Assembly (NCBI RefSeq): GCF_009914755.1
Contig: NC_060925.1
DNA: 64,000 bases
Strand: one strand, 5' to 3'
From: the human T2T-CHM13v2.0 reference genome, Homo sapiens
This document shows positions 14,781-27,347 of the stretch, piece after piece. A model generated the notes under the pieces. That model worked only from the letters and a program-made list of their open reading frames with translations, was not told where the DNA came from and did no database searches. The translations under genes and the position numbers were made by a program. Position 1 is the first letter of the stretch; every line of letters starts with the position of its first letter.

Positions 14781-15978
14781 GTTTCTTATTATCCCACAAA
14801 GCCTCAAATCTTGGAGGCATTTCATGTATTAAATTAAATTTATAAGACTAAGATTCTGCCTTCATCCACTATCCCTGAGGTTGAATGATAATTTTACTTT
14901 TCTTATGTGTCTGTGATTAAATCCAGAGATACTCGCTGTTTTTCATTTTTCACTCACTAGATTGTTAAAACTTAATATGGGAGCCAGTGCCTTATCATCT
15001 GAGGAATGATAGAGGATGTTCCTATAAGGTTTGCCCTCATAAATCTGCATCTGTCTAGCAAGGTGAGGGGTAACCTAGTAGCATATGGGCTCACCTTGTG
15101 TCCAGGAACAAATCAACTTGTCTTGATCATAACCTAACGTAAAAAGCCAGACTTATATGCAGAATTCATTTCTCTGTTTACTTTCAAATGTTGGCACACT
15201 ATGTATGTACCCCAAAAGATACTGGGAATTCACAAAAACCCAAATATACAGTTTGGTAAAGACAATCTACTTTTACCCAGTTAAAGATACTTCGCCACTT
15301 CTTGAGAGTAAAAACAATAAGAATAAAACTTCAAAAGAAAATAATTAACTGTAAAGCCTATTTTCCTGTTTGTGCTTTTTACTTTAGATTATTATTTATT
15401 TAAACACTAAAGAGGAATTTCTAAAGTAATGTCTATAAGGAAGCAAATGAATTTAGCCAATACTTTATGTGCCTGATTCAACATGTTGGTTAAGTTTTAA
15501 TTTTACAAGTACAGTTGGCTCACTAAAGCCATTACATTCTTTGTATCTGAGTTGACTGTACACTACACAACAAATTTCTTACTATATCATCTAGATGTCA
15601 TTTAGGGGAGTTTAAATAATCCACAGGTAATACAACTTCTAAGTGAAACAATGTCTTTATTTTTCAGACTTGACAGTAGCCTTAGTGAAAAAGTACTGTG
15701 AAAGTTTTCAAGTGTTAGAGAGAAAGTGGAAGTGGGTGCTTGGTATAAATGTGCCACTCTGTCCCCAGTGCCAAGGGCCCTGTGGTGAAGCTCTTCACAG
15801 AGGAAGTTTAGCTCTTCCACAGAGGTGCAAGGAGCTAGCTACCCACTTGATCGTCCTTCTTCCCAACCTTACAAAGGGAACATTCCAATTATCTGACTGA
15901 AAAGTGAGAAAAGGAAGAAAATGGAAGAAAAATCTGTTACTTTTCAACCATACAACTTCATATTTTTAAAGTCAGTAG

Positions 15979-16240
15979 GGGCCAGGCATGGTGGCTCACG
16001 CCAGTAATCCCGGCACTTTGTGAGGCTGAGGTAGGCAGATCACTTGAGGTCAAAAGTTTGAGACCACCCTGGCCAACATGTTGAAACCTAATTTCTACTA
16101 AAAAACACAAAAATTAACCAAGGATGGTGATATGCAGCTGTAATCCCAGCTACTCAGTAGGCTGAGGCAGGCGAATCGTTTGAACCCAAGAGGTCACACC
16201 ACTGCACTCGAGCCTGACTCCGTCTCAAAGAAAAGAAAAA
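15979..16240 (+). mobile_element. AluS with internal deletions
   Basis: GGCCAGGCATGGTGGCTCACGCC start; TSD-like tcagtagg on both sides. Confidence 0.85.
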
Positions 16241-16584
16241 CATCAGTAGGATTGAAGTATGAAAAGAGCCAGGGTTTTAAATGATAGCTTCTCTCACACA
16301 AGAGTGAAGGGAATGGGTTAAGAACCTCTCCCCTACTTTAACACTCTATTTTAAGCATCTTAAAAAATATTACTTTCTTTGCTATCCTTGACTTTAATAA
16401 ATCATAAAATGAGACTAAAACATGACCCATTCTATTGGGCCTTCAAAAAACCCATATTTTGTTATTGGACATTTTGTATTCAATTAGAGAATCTTTACTG
16501 AACATCTCCAGGATGGCTAGTCCTGATCTAGATCCCCAAGTTCTTTAAATAGTGGAGAGGAGCTCAGGCTCTGCTTTAATGAGG

Positions 16585-16870
16585 GTTTTTGTCAAGAAAA
16601 GTAGGTTATACAGTGGAAAACAACAACCAACATCTCAGAGACTTAACAGAACAAAAGTTAATTTCTTGCTTGTACTACCTGTCCACAAGGTTTGGCAGGA
16701 GTCTTTCTTTCTTTGTTCACTGTAGTCACTCAGAGATCAGCTATCCATCTGCCCCCAGGATCATGTGGCAGGGAATAGGTCGCTTGGTGAATCATACCCG
16801 GGCTTTTAACCCTGCCACCCAGAAGTCACACATCACTTGCGTTCACATTTCATTGGGCCAAGCAAGCGTG
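16585..16870. mobile_element. MLT1-type LTR fragment
   Basis: aacaaccaacatctcagagacttaacagaacaaaagttaatttcttgct and cacatcacttgcgttcacatttcattgg motifs. Confidence 0.55.
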
Positions 16871-17514
16871 ATGGTGGAACTATTCAGGCTTGAATAGAGA
16901 ACAACAAAGCCACATCGTTAAACCAGATGGTGGTGGTCAAAGTTCATGGTTGGGTTATCAAGCCATGGTTAGAAACACAGCTGCCGATATCTGGGGCTGT
17001 AACAACTGCAGGTCTAATGATCCAAGGCCAGGAACAAAGATTAAGGGAGCACTCTAGGGATGGGAGAACCCATGGTGAGACTTAGCTGCATTGTAACAGA
17101 ACAGACTTAGAGAGGCAGATAGCAGAGCCTCCCTACAGTATCTAGAATGTGCATCTAGAAGCTTTCTATGCTCACTTCCTGTTTCCCCTGGTATTTATTC
17201 AAATGTCAATTACAAAGAACACAAAATGTCTAGTACTTTATAGCCTCCTTATGTTTAGGTTTCACTCCTGACCTCAAAGACCTTAAAACTAAGTAGATTC
17301 TGAATTTTTCAAATTATTTCAGGGTATTGCAACAATGGACATTTTATTTGATTGTATACTTATTTTTCTACTGGAAACTGTACTTGAAAACAGTTAACTA
17401 AACATCTATTTACCCTCTCACAGTAAAATTTCTATGGCTATTGTTCTGGAGGTGGAGTGGCTAATATTTACTGAGCCCTTTCTCTCTGCTAGACATTTGA
17501 TAGGCATTGTAATA

Positions 17515-17639
17515 CAGTAGTGGCCCTTTATCTACAGAAGATACATTCCAAGACTCCCAGTGGATACTGAAACCTTGAATAGTACCAAACAAATTGACAT
17601 CAATTGAAATATATTTCTGTTCATGTCCTCCACCCACAA
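17515..17639. mobile_element. MER44/Tigger7-family end, truncated
   Basis: TA|CAGTAGTGGCCCTTTATC...GATACATTCCAAGACTCCCAGTGGAT...AGTACCAAAC; only one terminus is present. Confidence 0.6.
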
Positions 17640-17805
17640 TTTTTTTTTTTTAAACAGCGTCTTGCTGTGTCACCTAGGCTGGAATGCAGTGACCTGATCA
17701 TGGCTTACTGCAGCCTTGACCTGCAAGGCTCAAGCAATCTCCTGCTTCAGCCTCCCAAGGAGCTGGAACTATAGGTGTTTACCACTACATCCAGCTAATT
17801 TTTTT
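17640..17805 (-). mobile_element. AluJ right arm, truncated at the A-rich linker
   Basis: Poly-T tail, one arm, then ...ccagctaatttttttt joined directly to MaLR internal sequence. Confidence 0.8.
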
Positions 17806-18773
17806 GTTGGAGCCCACACACAGAATCCCCACTGGGGTGCTGCCTAGTGGAGCTGTGAGAAGAGGGCCATGGTTCTCCAGACCCCAAAATGGTAGAGCAA
17901 CTGACAACTTGCACTGTGTGCCTGAAAAAGCCACAGGCACTCAACGTCAGGCCATGAAAGCAACCATGGGGGCTGTACCCTGCAGATCCACAGGGCCGGA
18001 GCTGCTCAAGGCCTTGGGAGTCTACCCCTTGCATCAGTATGCTCTGGATGTGAGATATGGAGTCAAAGGAGATTATTTTAGACCTTTGAGATTTAATGAC
18101 TGCATTCCTGGGTTTTAGGCTTGCATGGGGCCTGTAGCCCCCTTGTTTTGGCAATTTCTCACATTTGGAATGGGAGCATTTGCCCAATGCCTCTACCTTC
18201 ATTATATCTTGGAAGTAACTAGATTGTTTTTGATTTTGTGGACTCATAAGCAGAAGGGACTTGCCTTGTCTCAGATTACACTTTGAACTTGGACTTTTGA
18301 GTTAATGCTGGAATTAGTTTAGACTTTCAGGGACTGTTAGGAAGGCATGATTGTGTTTTGAATTGTGAGAAGGACATCAGATTGGGAAGGGACCAGGGGA
18401 GGAATGATGTGGTTTTGCTCTGTGTCCCATCCCCAAATCTCATGTTGAATTGTAATTCCCGACATTGGGGGAGGGACCTGGTGGGAGGTGATTGGATCAC
18501 AGGGTAGGATTTCACTCATGCTGTTCTCTGATAATGAGTCAGTTCTCACGAGATCTGATGGCTTAAAGTGTGTGGAACATCTCCCTTCACTCTGTCTCTG
18601 TCCTGCCACCATGTGAAGAAGGTATTTGCTTCACTTTTACCCTCCACCATAATTGTAAGTTTCTTGAGGCTTCCCAGTCATGCTTCCTGTTAAGCCTGAA
18701 GAACTGTGTAAGCTCCTTTTCTTTGTAATTACCCAGTCTCAGGTAGTATTTTACAGCTGTGTGAGAATGGACT
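17806..18773 (+). mobile_element. MST/THE1-type MaLR 3' internal region plus 3' LTR (LTR 18405-18773), inverted relative to the rest of the element
   Basis: Internal motifs (gcctagtggagctgtgagaagagggcc, gagtcaaaggagattatttt). The LTR starts TGATGTGGTTTTGCTCTGTGTCCC and ends GAGAATGGACT, lacking the terminal AATACA. Confidence 0.88.
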
Positions 18774-20084
18774 CCATGTGGGCTCCAACTCCACATTTCC
18801 CCTCATTGCTGCCCTAGTAGAGGTTCTCTATGAAGGCCCCTCCACTGCATCAGACTTCTGCCTGGACACCCAGGTGTTTCCATACATCCCCTGAAATTTA
18901 GGAGGAGGTTCTCAAACCTCAATTCCTGCCTTCTGCGCAACTGTAGGCCAAACACCACTTGGGGCTTGCATCCTCTGAAGCAATGGCCCTGGGCCTGGCC
19001 CACAAAACCATTTTTTCCTCCTAGCCATGGGCCTGTAATGGGAGGGGCTGCTGAGAAGGTTTCTGAAATGCCCTGAGACATTTTTCCCATTGTCTTTGCT
19101 ATTAACATTTGACTCCTCTTTACTTATGCAAATTTCTGCAGGTGGCTTGAATTTTTCCCAAAACATGGGTTTTTCTTTTCTACTGCATGGCCAGGCTGCA
19201 AATTTTCTAAACTTCTATGCTCTGCTTCTCTTTTAAATATAAGTTCAAGATTCAGATAATCTATGTTCATGCATATGAGCATATATTTTAGAAGCAGCCA
19301 GGTCACATCTTGAATGCTTTGCTGCTTAGAAATTTCTCCCGCCAGATACCCTAAATCATCTCTCTCAGGTTCAAAGTTCCACAGATCTCTAGTGCAGAGG
19401 CAAATGACACCAGTCTGTTTGCTTAAAGGATAGCAAGAGTGACCTTTACTCCAGTTCCCAGTATGTTCTTCATCTCCATTTGAGAACACCTCAGCTTGGA
19501 CTTCATTGTCCATATCACTATTGGCATTTTGGTCAAAACCATTCAACAAGTCTCTAGGAAGTTCTAAACTTTCCCACATATTCCTATCTTCTGAGCTTTC
19601 AAAACTTTTCTAACTTCTGCCTATTACCCAGTTCCAAAGTCAGTTGCACATTTTCAGGTATCTTTATAGCAATACCCCACCCTTCTGTTACCAATTTTCT
19701 GTATTAGTGTGTCCTCACACTGCTATAAAGAACTACCTGAGACTGGGTAATTTATGAAGAAAAAAGGTTTAATTGACTCATAGTTCTTCAGGCTTAACAA
19801 GAAGCATGAATGGGAAGCCTCAGGAAACTTACAATCATGGCAGAAGGTGAAGGGGAAGCAAACACTTTATTCACATGGTGACAGGAGAGAGAGAGTGAGC
19901 AAAAGTGGAAGTCCCACACACTTTTAAACCATCAGATCTTGTGAGAATTCACTTGCTATCATGAGAACAGCATGGGGGAAATCCAGCCCCTGTGAGTCAA
20001 TCATCTCCCAAGAGGTTCTTCCCCCAACTTTGGGAATTACAATTCAACATGAGATTTGGGTGGGGGCAGAGCCAAACCACATCA
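18774..20084 (-). mobile_element. MST/THE1-type MaLR 5' LTR (19700-20084) plus 5' internal region
   Basis: LTR TGTATTAG...AAACCACATCA in antisense; internal start GAAAATTGGTA on the - strand. ORF 19124-19579 (MWESLELPRDLLNGFDQNA...) is the typical MaLR internal pseudo-ORF. Confidence 0.88.
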
Positions 20085-23000
20085 ATATTTATTGCCTTCT
20101 TAACAAGATGTCTGGAGTAGGATATTTCAGTTTTGATTTATCAGAATTCTGGGTGAATATTTAGTGATTTATAGGACTTCTTAACACTGCTACCCAGAAA
20201 TGACACCTCACTTGCATTCCCATTTTATTGGTCCAAGCAACTATGATGACAAGACTATTCAGGCATGAGGAGAGACAGCCAAATCACATTATTAAACCAA
20301 GTTGTGGCTCATGGCTCACATGTCAGAGAACACAAGGAGAAAGTGAAGCGACATCTACAGTAGAGCAAGGGAAAGACTAGGGAGAACAGGATAAGGGAGA
20401 GAGTGAGGAAAGAGCGAGACAAGAGGTGGTATATCTGACTCTCTTCTTTTATCAGATAAGAAACATCTTTCTAGGAACACATGCAGCAGAAGCATGCTTT
20501 CACTCACTTCTTATTGGCAATAACAAGTCTACCTGGCACTCCCTAGCTATAAGGGAAGTTGAAAAAGGAAGTATCTGACTTTTTAAAAATTTGTTGTGAA
20601 AAGAGAGAGGAGTTAGGGAACCCCCATTAGATAATTTAGTCAACTATGACTTCCATATTCCTCCCACTCAATGGTAAATGATTAAAAAGTAGTTTAGTAG
20701 GTCAGCCCCAGAATTCACTTCATTACCCAGCTTCATCATCAAAACTATACTTTAATTCAAAATTCAAAATATTATGTCATCCAGTTTATCAAGAAGCCCA
20801 TATAGTTTTGATATTTTCTTTTGATTTCTGTATGAATTTGTCATGAAACTTTTAATTTCTTTACAAACAGGTTTCTGATTTTGAACCTTTCCACCTTCAA
20901 ATTTCACCCTCACCCTCATCACCCTCTTCAAATTCAAAGCCTCAAGTCTTGTCAATCTTACCTCAAAACTATATCTGGATCCTGTTGATTTTTCTCCATC
21001 TCTTTCTTTCCATTCTTTTTTCCAAGCATCAAGCATCATTAATTTTCGTTTTGACCAATGCACTAGCTCCCTGGCTGATATCCTTACATCAGTTCTTGGA
21101 TCTCCATAGTACATGCATCATATTATGCAAAGTTTTTAAAGGAGAGCTTTTAAAAATGTAAGTCAGATTAATTTTTTTTTGAAAAATAGCAAAAAAAAAG
21201 GAATAAAAATGTAAGTTAGATTTTGTAACTCCTTGCTTAAAACTTTTGATAATCTTCCCATTGTGCAACTCCTAAACTCCTTAGGGTGGACCACACCCCA
21301 CTGAGAATTACTTGAGTAAAGGGACTGTAACTGTTTTGCTAACATCATACATATAGCAAAAGGAAAATAGGACAGTGCCTGTTATTTATATGTATGCGTG
21401 TGTGTAAGTGTGTGCATGCATAGGTGTGCAGGTGTGTGTGTTACATGAAAAAATAAATGATAGAATTGTAATTATTATTATAGTTTCTATAAGATTTATA
21501 GTAGAAACTCTTTAAACAAGCTCCTCACTTTTACCAAAGGCCGCTTTCATATACAATTGGATAATGTGATCATCTAGCCAAGGAGGTAAAATAATATTGA
21601 TTAAAGCCATGTAAATACTGAGATAATGTATATAAATATGTAAATACCTAACAGACTATTATCAATTCTGTAATTTTATAGGACCCTCCTACATTAAGCA
21701 TTGAAATTTTGTCTAAAAATATTAGTTGGATCCACCATTTCACCAATTTGAAACGATACTTGAAGGCTATTCTTTTAACATTTGACTACATAAAGCTAAT
21801 AAAATATCTAGTGATGAAAAAAGAAACTGCTATATGAAATAATATATCTGGTTTACTCTACAGATACACCTAAGTATGAAGACATAAATATGATCTAGAA
21901 GTAACATAAAATATTAACGATGTTTTTGTATTAGTTTCCATTTATTCTCACTAGATGATTAACGAGACTTTTAGTCAGAAGCAACTAATGGATTTTTGTT
22001 GTTGTTGTTCCTGACCCTGTATGATGCTCTTCTTTTGACATTTCCTTTTTCATCTTTTGTGTCTTACTCTGATCTATAACCCATGCTAAGCCAAAATAAT
22101 CCACGTGGATGGTAATTTACCTCAAAATTGATGCACTAATTGGAGATAATCCCTTCTCCACACTCACTGCAAGGTCAGTTGTTTAAAGTACAATGTCTTA
22201 ATTAACCTTGAACTGTACAATTAGAGTTCTGCTGTTTCTATCCATGTTTGGCACCTCATAGATCCAGGCAATAACATCTCTCCAATTGCAGTTGCCAGTT
22301 ACATAATGCCTGCAAGCAAGCTTGCCTTCCTTTTGAAATCACACAGCAGGAAAGATTTTATAGAGATCAGCATGTATTTCTGAGCTACCTGGAAGATCTC
22401 TCCAAAATTACTGAGAAGCCCTTCATCATACTGTATTCCACCTATTGCATGACAAAATTTATACTCCATATCCCATTCCTGCTTCTAGTAACAGTAAGAA
22501 TAAGTAAAAATTATTTATTTGCCTTTTGTTCACTGAGGTCTCATTATTTAATTTGTATACATTATGGTGTAATAGCAAAAGTGTCCTCTAAACTGCAAAG
22601 CTATTAAGTATAAAATGTCACTGCATTTTACAGTGCCACTATTTTTTGTGCTTCTTTATTTTTCCATTTTTGTAATTATTCCACTTGTTACATACTTCTT
22701 TGCTCATCACCAGAGTTTTTCTTATGGATTATAGCAAATAGCCTTTATTTAAAGTTTATGTGTCAAGGATAATGCTTGTAAAGTGCAATAGATATGCTCT
22801 ATTTTAATTCCTTACTTGAGATAAGTCAGAAACTACACAGTTGCATAGATATTGATCCATTTTATAAAATTAAAATTAAAAATATTAATAACAACTGTAC
22901 CTCATGTACTAGTGATATCAAAACTACATTAATTAAATTAATTTTTAATAATTCTATTTGGTAAAACTTGGCACTTGCTGCTTTGATAATATCTTCTTAG

Positions 23001-23461
23001 TGAAAAATGTTAAGTCACTTTGTTCCCTATTATTCAATCACAAATGCATGAATAACAACAGGTTCAACTTATCTCATGGCCCAGCTTTCCCCTGAAGACT
23101 CTACAATACAGAGGTTCTGGACCTGATCCAAGGAAATTGGGAAGTCCACATGAAACCGGTATATAACTGCCAGAGAGAATTGTCATATTTCTCTTGACTA
23201 TGAAAATGTACACTTATTACTTAAACCCCTCACAAAAAAATGAAAAACTATGGCTTCCTAATAAATGGGTTTCTCTCCATTTCATATCTATCAAGATATT
23301 TGGTAAAAAAGTTTTTTGAAAATTAAATTCTTAAGGATTTTCCTTATTGGGGAAAAAAGGGCTATCTGTAACTGTACGTGTTTCTAGTAGTAAATGTCTA
23401 ACAGTCCTAAAGTTCCAGCACATAATCAAATGACAGATACTTACTCTGTGCCACATTAGAT

Positions 23462-23680
23462 CAGTGGTTCTCAATCAGGGGTGGTTTTACCCCCAGGGGA
23501 TATCTGCCAATGTCTGGAGACATTTTTGGTTGTCAAAACTGTGGGGGAGGGGCGGGGGCTGCTACTGGCATCTAGTGGGTAAATGACAGAGGTATTGCTG
23601 AACATCCTGCAATGCCTAGGACAGACCTCACAACAAAGAATTACCGGACACAAAACTGTCAATAATGAGAAAACTTAGAT
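23462..23680 (+). mobile_element. MER20 (hAT-Charlie)
   Basis: CAGTGGTTCTCAA...GGAGACATTTTTGGTTGTC...GCTACTGGCATCTAGTGGGT. Confidence 0.85.
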
Positions 23681-24755
23681 TGTACAAAACCTGCCACTTT
23701 AAGTCGTCAGAATGTGAAATTTCTGTATAAAAAGTTAATTCTATGAATGATTATTTTTGTTTTCAGAGGTAGCTAAAAATTTCAATTGTCAAAATTCAGA
23801 TTAAAAGCTACTCTTAGTGATCAAGTCTCATAAATAGAAAATAATTTGGTGGAGGTGGCCGCATAAGGGGTGATTTGTGGTGACTTTGGTAGTGCACAAA
23901 CACAAAGCACCCCTATGAGCTGCCTTTTGAAGAGGGAAAAAGCTGTCTATCAAGCAGTGTATGTAGCTCATTAGTTACCTAACTGGACTCTCTGTTCTTT
24001 GCAAGAGAAACTTCCTCTGGGGTTGGGAATGGGGGTGGGGGACCCTCAAGGGATGGGAGGAGGGGTGAGCAGTTTGCAAGTCTGAGAAATACAAATCTTT
24101 GAGGTGACTAAATTAAAAACATGCTATGAAGCTATAAACTCACTCCTGAATCTGTGGCCTCAGGTCAAAATCCCTGCAGGAGAGCTGTTTCCTCAATGCC
24201 TGTGCTTGTTAACATTTTCTGTAAGGAGCAGCCCAGAGCTAAGTCAGCTCTGAGCAGGACTCTACAAGGCCACATCAAAAATGACAACAGGCGGGCCAGT
24301 GTGATGAGGCATCGGTGGGAGGTTCACCCCGGGTGAGGATTCTGTCATGGCACACTCCGGGAAAATAGCAAGGACAAATGTAAATGTTCTGTTTCATTGA
24401 AAATCACTTTGGAGTATACAAAGCCTATTCTTTTTTACTTGAAAAGCTACCAATTTCTGCATTTATATGTGTCAGAGATGGAGATTTTGATGGACCACAG
24501 AACAACCTAGTAACAATTCCTATGCATGTGTTCTCCACACAGTTTAGATGGTACAATTTGGCATTACTCCATCTCCTTCTCTCCTGATAACACCTCACCT
24601 TTCTTCATTTCTCTTGTAACTGTTTCATAGCTATGGAAGAAGGAGAGAAAAACTGCCATGATTACTCCGTGTTAATTGAAAGTGGTTTTAAACCAATCAA
24701 AGGTAAAAGATATAGCTCATTTCTGTTGTTTCCCTAACTTATTTTAAAAAATATA

Positions 24756-24985
24756 CAGGGGTTTCAACTTGTGGCAGTTTTATACCCCAGAGGACATTGG
24801 CAATATCTGGACACATTTTTGGTTGTTGAAAATTTTGGTTTGGTTGAAAACTAGATGTTAATGACATCTAGTGAGTAGAGGTCGGGAGTGCTTCTGAGTA
24901 TCTAATAATATCCAGGACAGATCCCTACAACAAAGAATTATCTGATCAAAATGTCAGTAGTGGCAGGGACTAAGAAATCCTGGCA
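24756..24985 (+). mobile_element. MER20
   Basis: CAGGGGTTTCAAC...GACACATTTTTGGTTG...ACATCTAGTGAGTAGAGG...CAACAAAGAATTATC. Confidence 0.8.
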
Positions 24986-27287
24986 TAATATAATGTCAGG
25001 AGTACCATATGTCATAATCAATGCTTATCATTTATTGAACTATTACTATGTCAAGTAAACATTCTATCTACTTAAGGAAACTCAATAATCCTGAGAGTCA
25101 AAAGATTATGCCTCAAACTTTCTGGGCCTTTTGAAGATAATTATTTTATAGATTTTGAATATGAAATTAGTTGAGAACAATTTCCAACATACTTGTACTC
25201 AGACATAACCTGTTAAGAATACTTCGTCCAAAACAGAAAATTTGTTTAATTATAATAAGGTTATGAATAATACATAAAGCCCTACAATATCAACCACAAT
25301 ATACAAACAAAGTAATCACAGTAGATCATGAATGAATGAGTTATTCTATGTAAACCAGATCTGGCAGTTTTAATTATAATGTCAGCAGTCACATTTAAAC
25401 CTGTTTATATCATTATTAACATTGTTAAACTTAAAAGTCTCAAAGCTTCAAAGACACCTAGACTATTACAATTTCAGGAGCTTAATTCAAACCCAAGAAA
25501 ATAAATACTACCTTAAAAATATAAGTGAATATTATATTAGTTTATTTTTGTTATTTTCTATTTTCTTTTTAATTATCTGCCTGCATTTTCATATTACAAG
25601 ATTAAGTATAGAAAAGCAAAAGGCTTGAATTGAAAATTATTTACAAAAATACATATCCTAAATCATTTTGACTTGAGGTTCCTACGCTGTTTTCTTGAGC
25701 TAAATTGAGGGTCTTGATCCTATAAAATATAAAACTCAGCTATATGGCTGGATTTATTATAAATTATATAAGTGCCCTGTTGTTGCTACTGCTTAGGTGG
25801 TCACCACTGGTTACATGATATAGTGTTCAAAATATGTGCTTTATGTGAGTCATCATGCTTTTGGCATTTTCTTACCTTTATGTATTTTTATTTTCTTCTA
25901 TACTTGGAAGTGATAAAAATAAATGGGGTACTTTTTTTTTTGACAAATTTAGCAAGGTCCCAAATAACAGCGTCTGTTACACTATGTAAATAAAGTCTTT
26001 GTGCCAATGGGAGATTTACCTGGCAACTTTCAGATTTCTACAGGTAAAAGCACATTACTTAATAGGATATTTTGAAATCCTCAAATCTGTCACATCAACA
26101 CAAGTCATGTTGTGTAAAATACATGACAACATTTGCCTTGAAAACCAAAGAGCTATTTTTTAATATTATTTTTACAAACAAACTTTGTTTTTAAAGCCCT
26201 TTAGGATGCATTGTTTCATTCGGTAAATGAAGGAACAGCCGATGAGCTATGACAATTGGCTGCCTCTACTTGCCATTGGGTCAAAATTGTGACCATCTTT
26301 ACTCCAAGTGCTCTTACCCTCCATTAAGAGGCATAGGCTACTCTAATTCAGTCAGATTAAATGAAAAAACTAAATTATAAATTTTTTTAGATACTTCCTA
26401 GAAATGGGACCCTAGAAGTGTGATTCAACTTCTAGATCTCATGATAATTAGCCAATAGCCACGTGCTTCAGGGGAAAATAAACAATGGGCTTCAGTGGCG
26501 TCCTATGTAAAATGACGCTGGATGAATATGGCAACTTAATTCATTAAGTGTATTCCTCAGAAAATCTTATGTTTTTAAAATGAGTTTTTGGAATAGCTGT
26601 TTTAAATGTGATGAAATTATTGGCATTCTTGCTGTTATTATGTATCAAAGTACATTGATATCTAACAGATAATCTCCATAATTAAACCATTATAATGGTT
26701 AAATACCTTTTTAAAAAAACACTGCTACTATTTAAAATTTTAGGGCTTCTGTCATATACCTCAAAGATCAAGGAAATATATGCGCCAAGTAAACATTATT
26801 TGTGTTCATTTCTAAAAAGAAAAATTGCATTGATTTATTTACTAATAAAATGTAAGCAACTAATTCATTAGTCTGTAGTATTTACATTTGAGCTGCTAAG
26901 ATAACTTAATTAATTGTGAATAATAAGAGAATTTTTATCTTTTCTGTTTTTGAACAAGAATCCAATGATTACTATTTTATATTATTAGTAATTTATTAAT
27001 AATGAATTAGCAGGTATTACCAAACACAGCACTGCTTCTTGAGAATCACTATATGTTATTGTATCATAAAGACAGAACCAAAAACCAATGTCCAAATAAA
27101 ACCAAAAACAAAAGCCAAAACCATCAAACAAATAAACAAAACTGAGGCAACTTCAGGGGCTTTGAGTCTGGTTGGAAAGGACTTCTATTGCAACAAATGC
27201 TGATATTTGTTAAATCATTAAGATTATTTTATTTACAGAAGAACATAAAAAATAAGAATCTGTGTGTAATGCATGGTTTGTTGAGGT

Positions 27288-27347
27288 CTTGTCTTTTGAT
27301 CCCATGGTGCCTGTAGCTTGTCTTTTGATCCCATGGTGCCTGTAGCT
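27288..27347. repeat. Perfect 29-bp tandem duplication
   Basis: CTTGTCTTTTGATCCCATGGTGCCTGTAG x2 (27288-27316, 27317-27345), plus CT. Confidence 0.95.

Noticed and set aside
17795-19579. ORFs of 150-151 aa
   Set aside because: They lie in MaLR internal sequence, a known degenerate pseudo-ORF; there is no gene structure.
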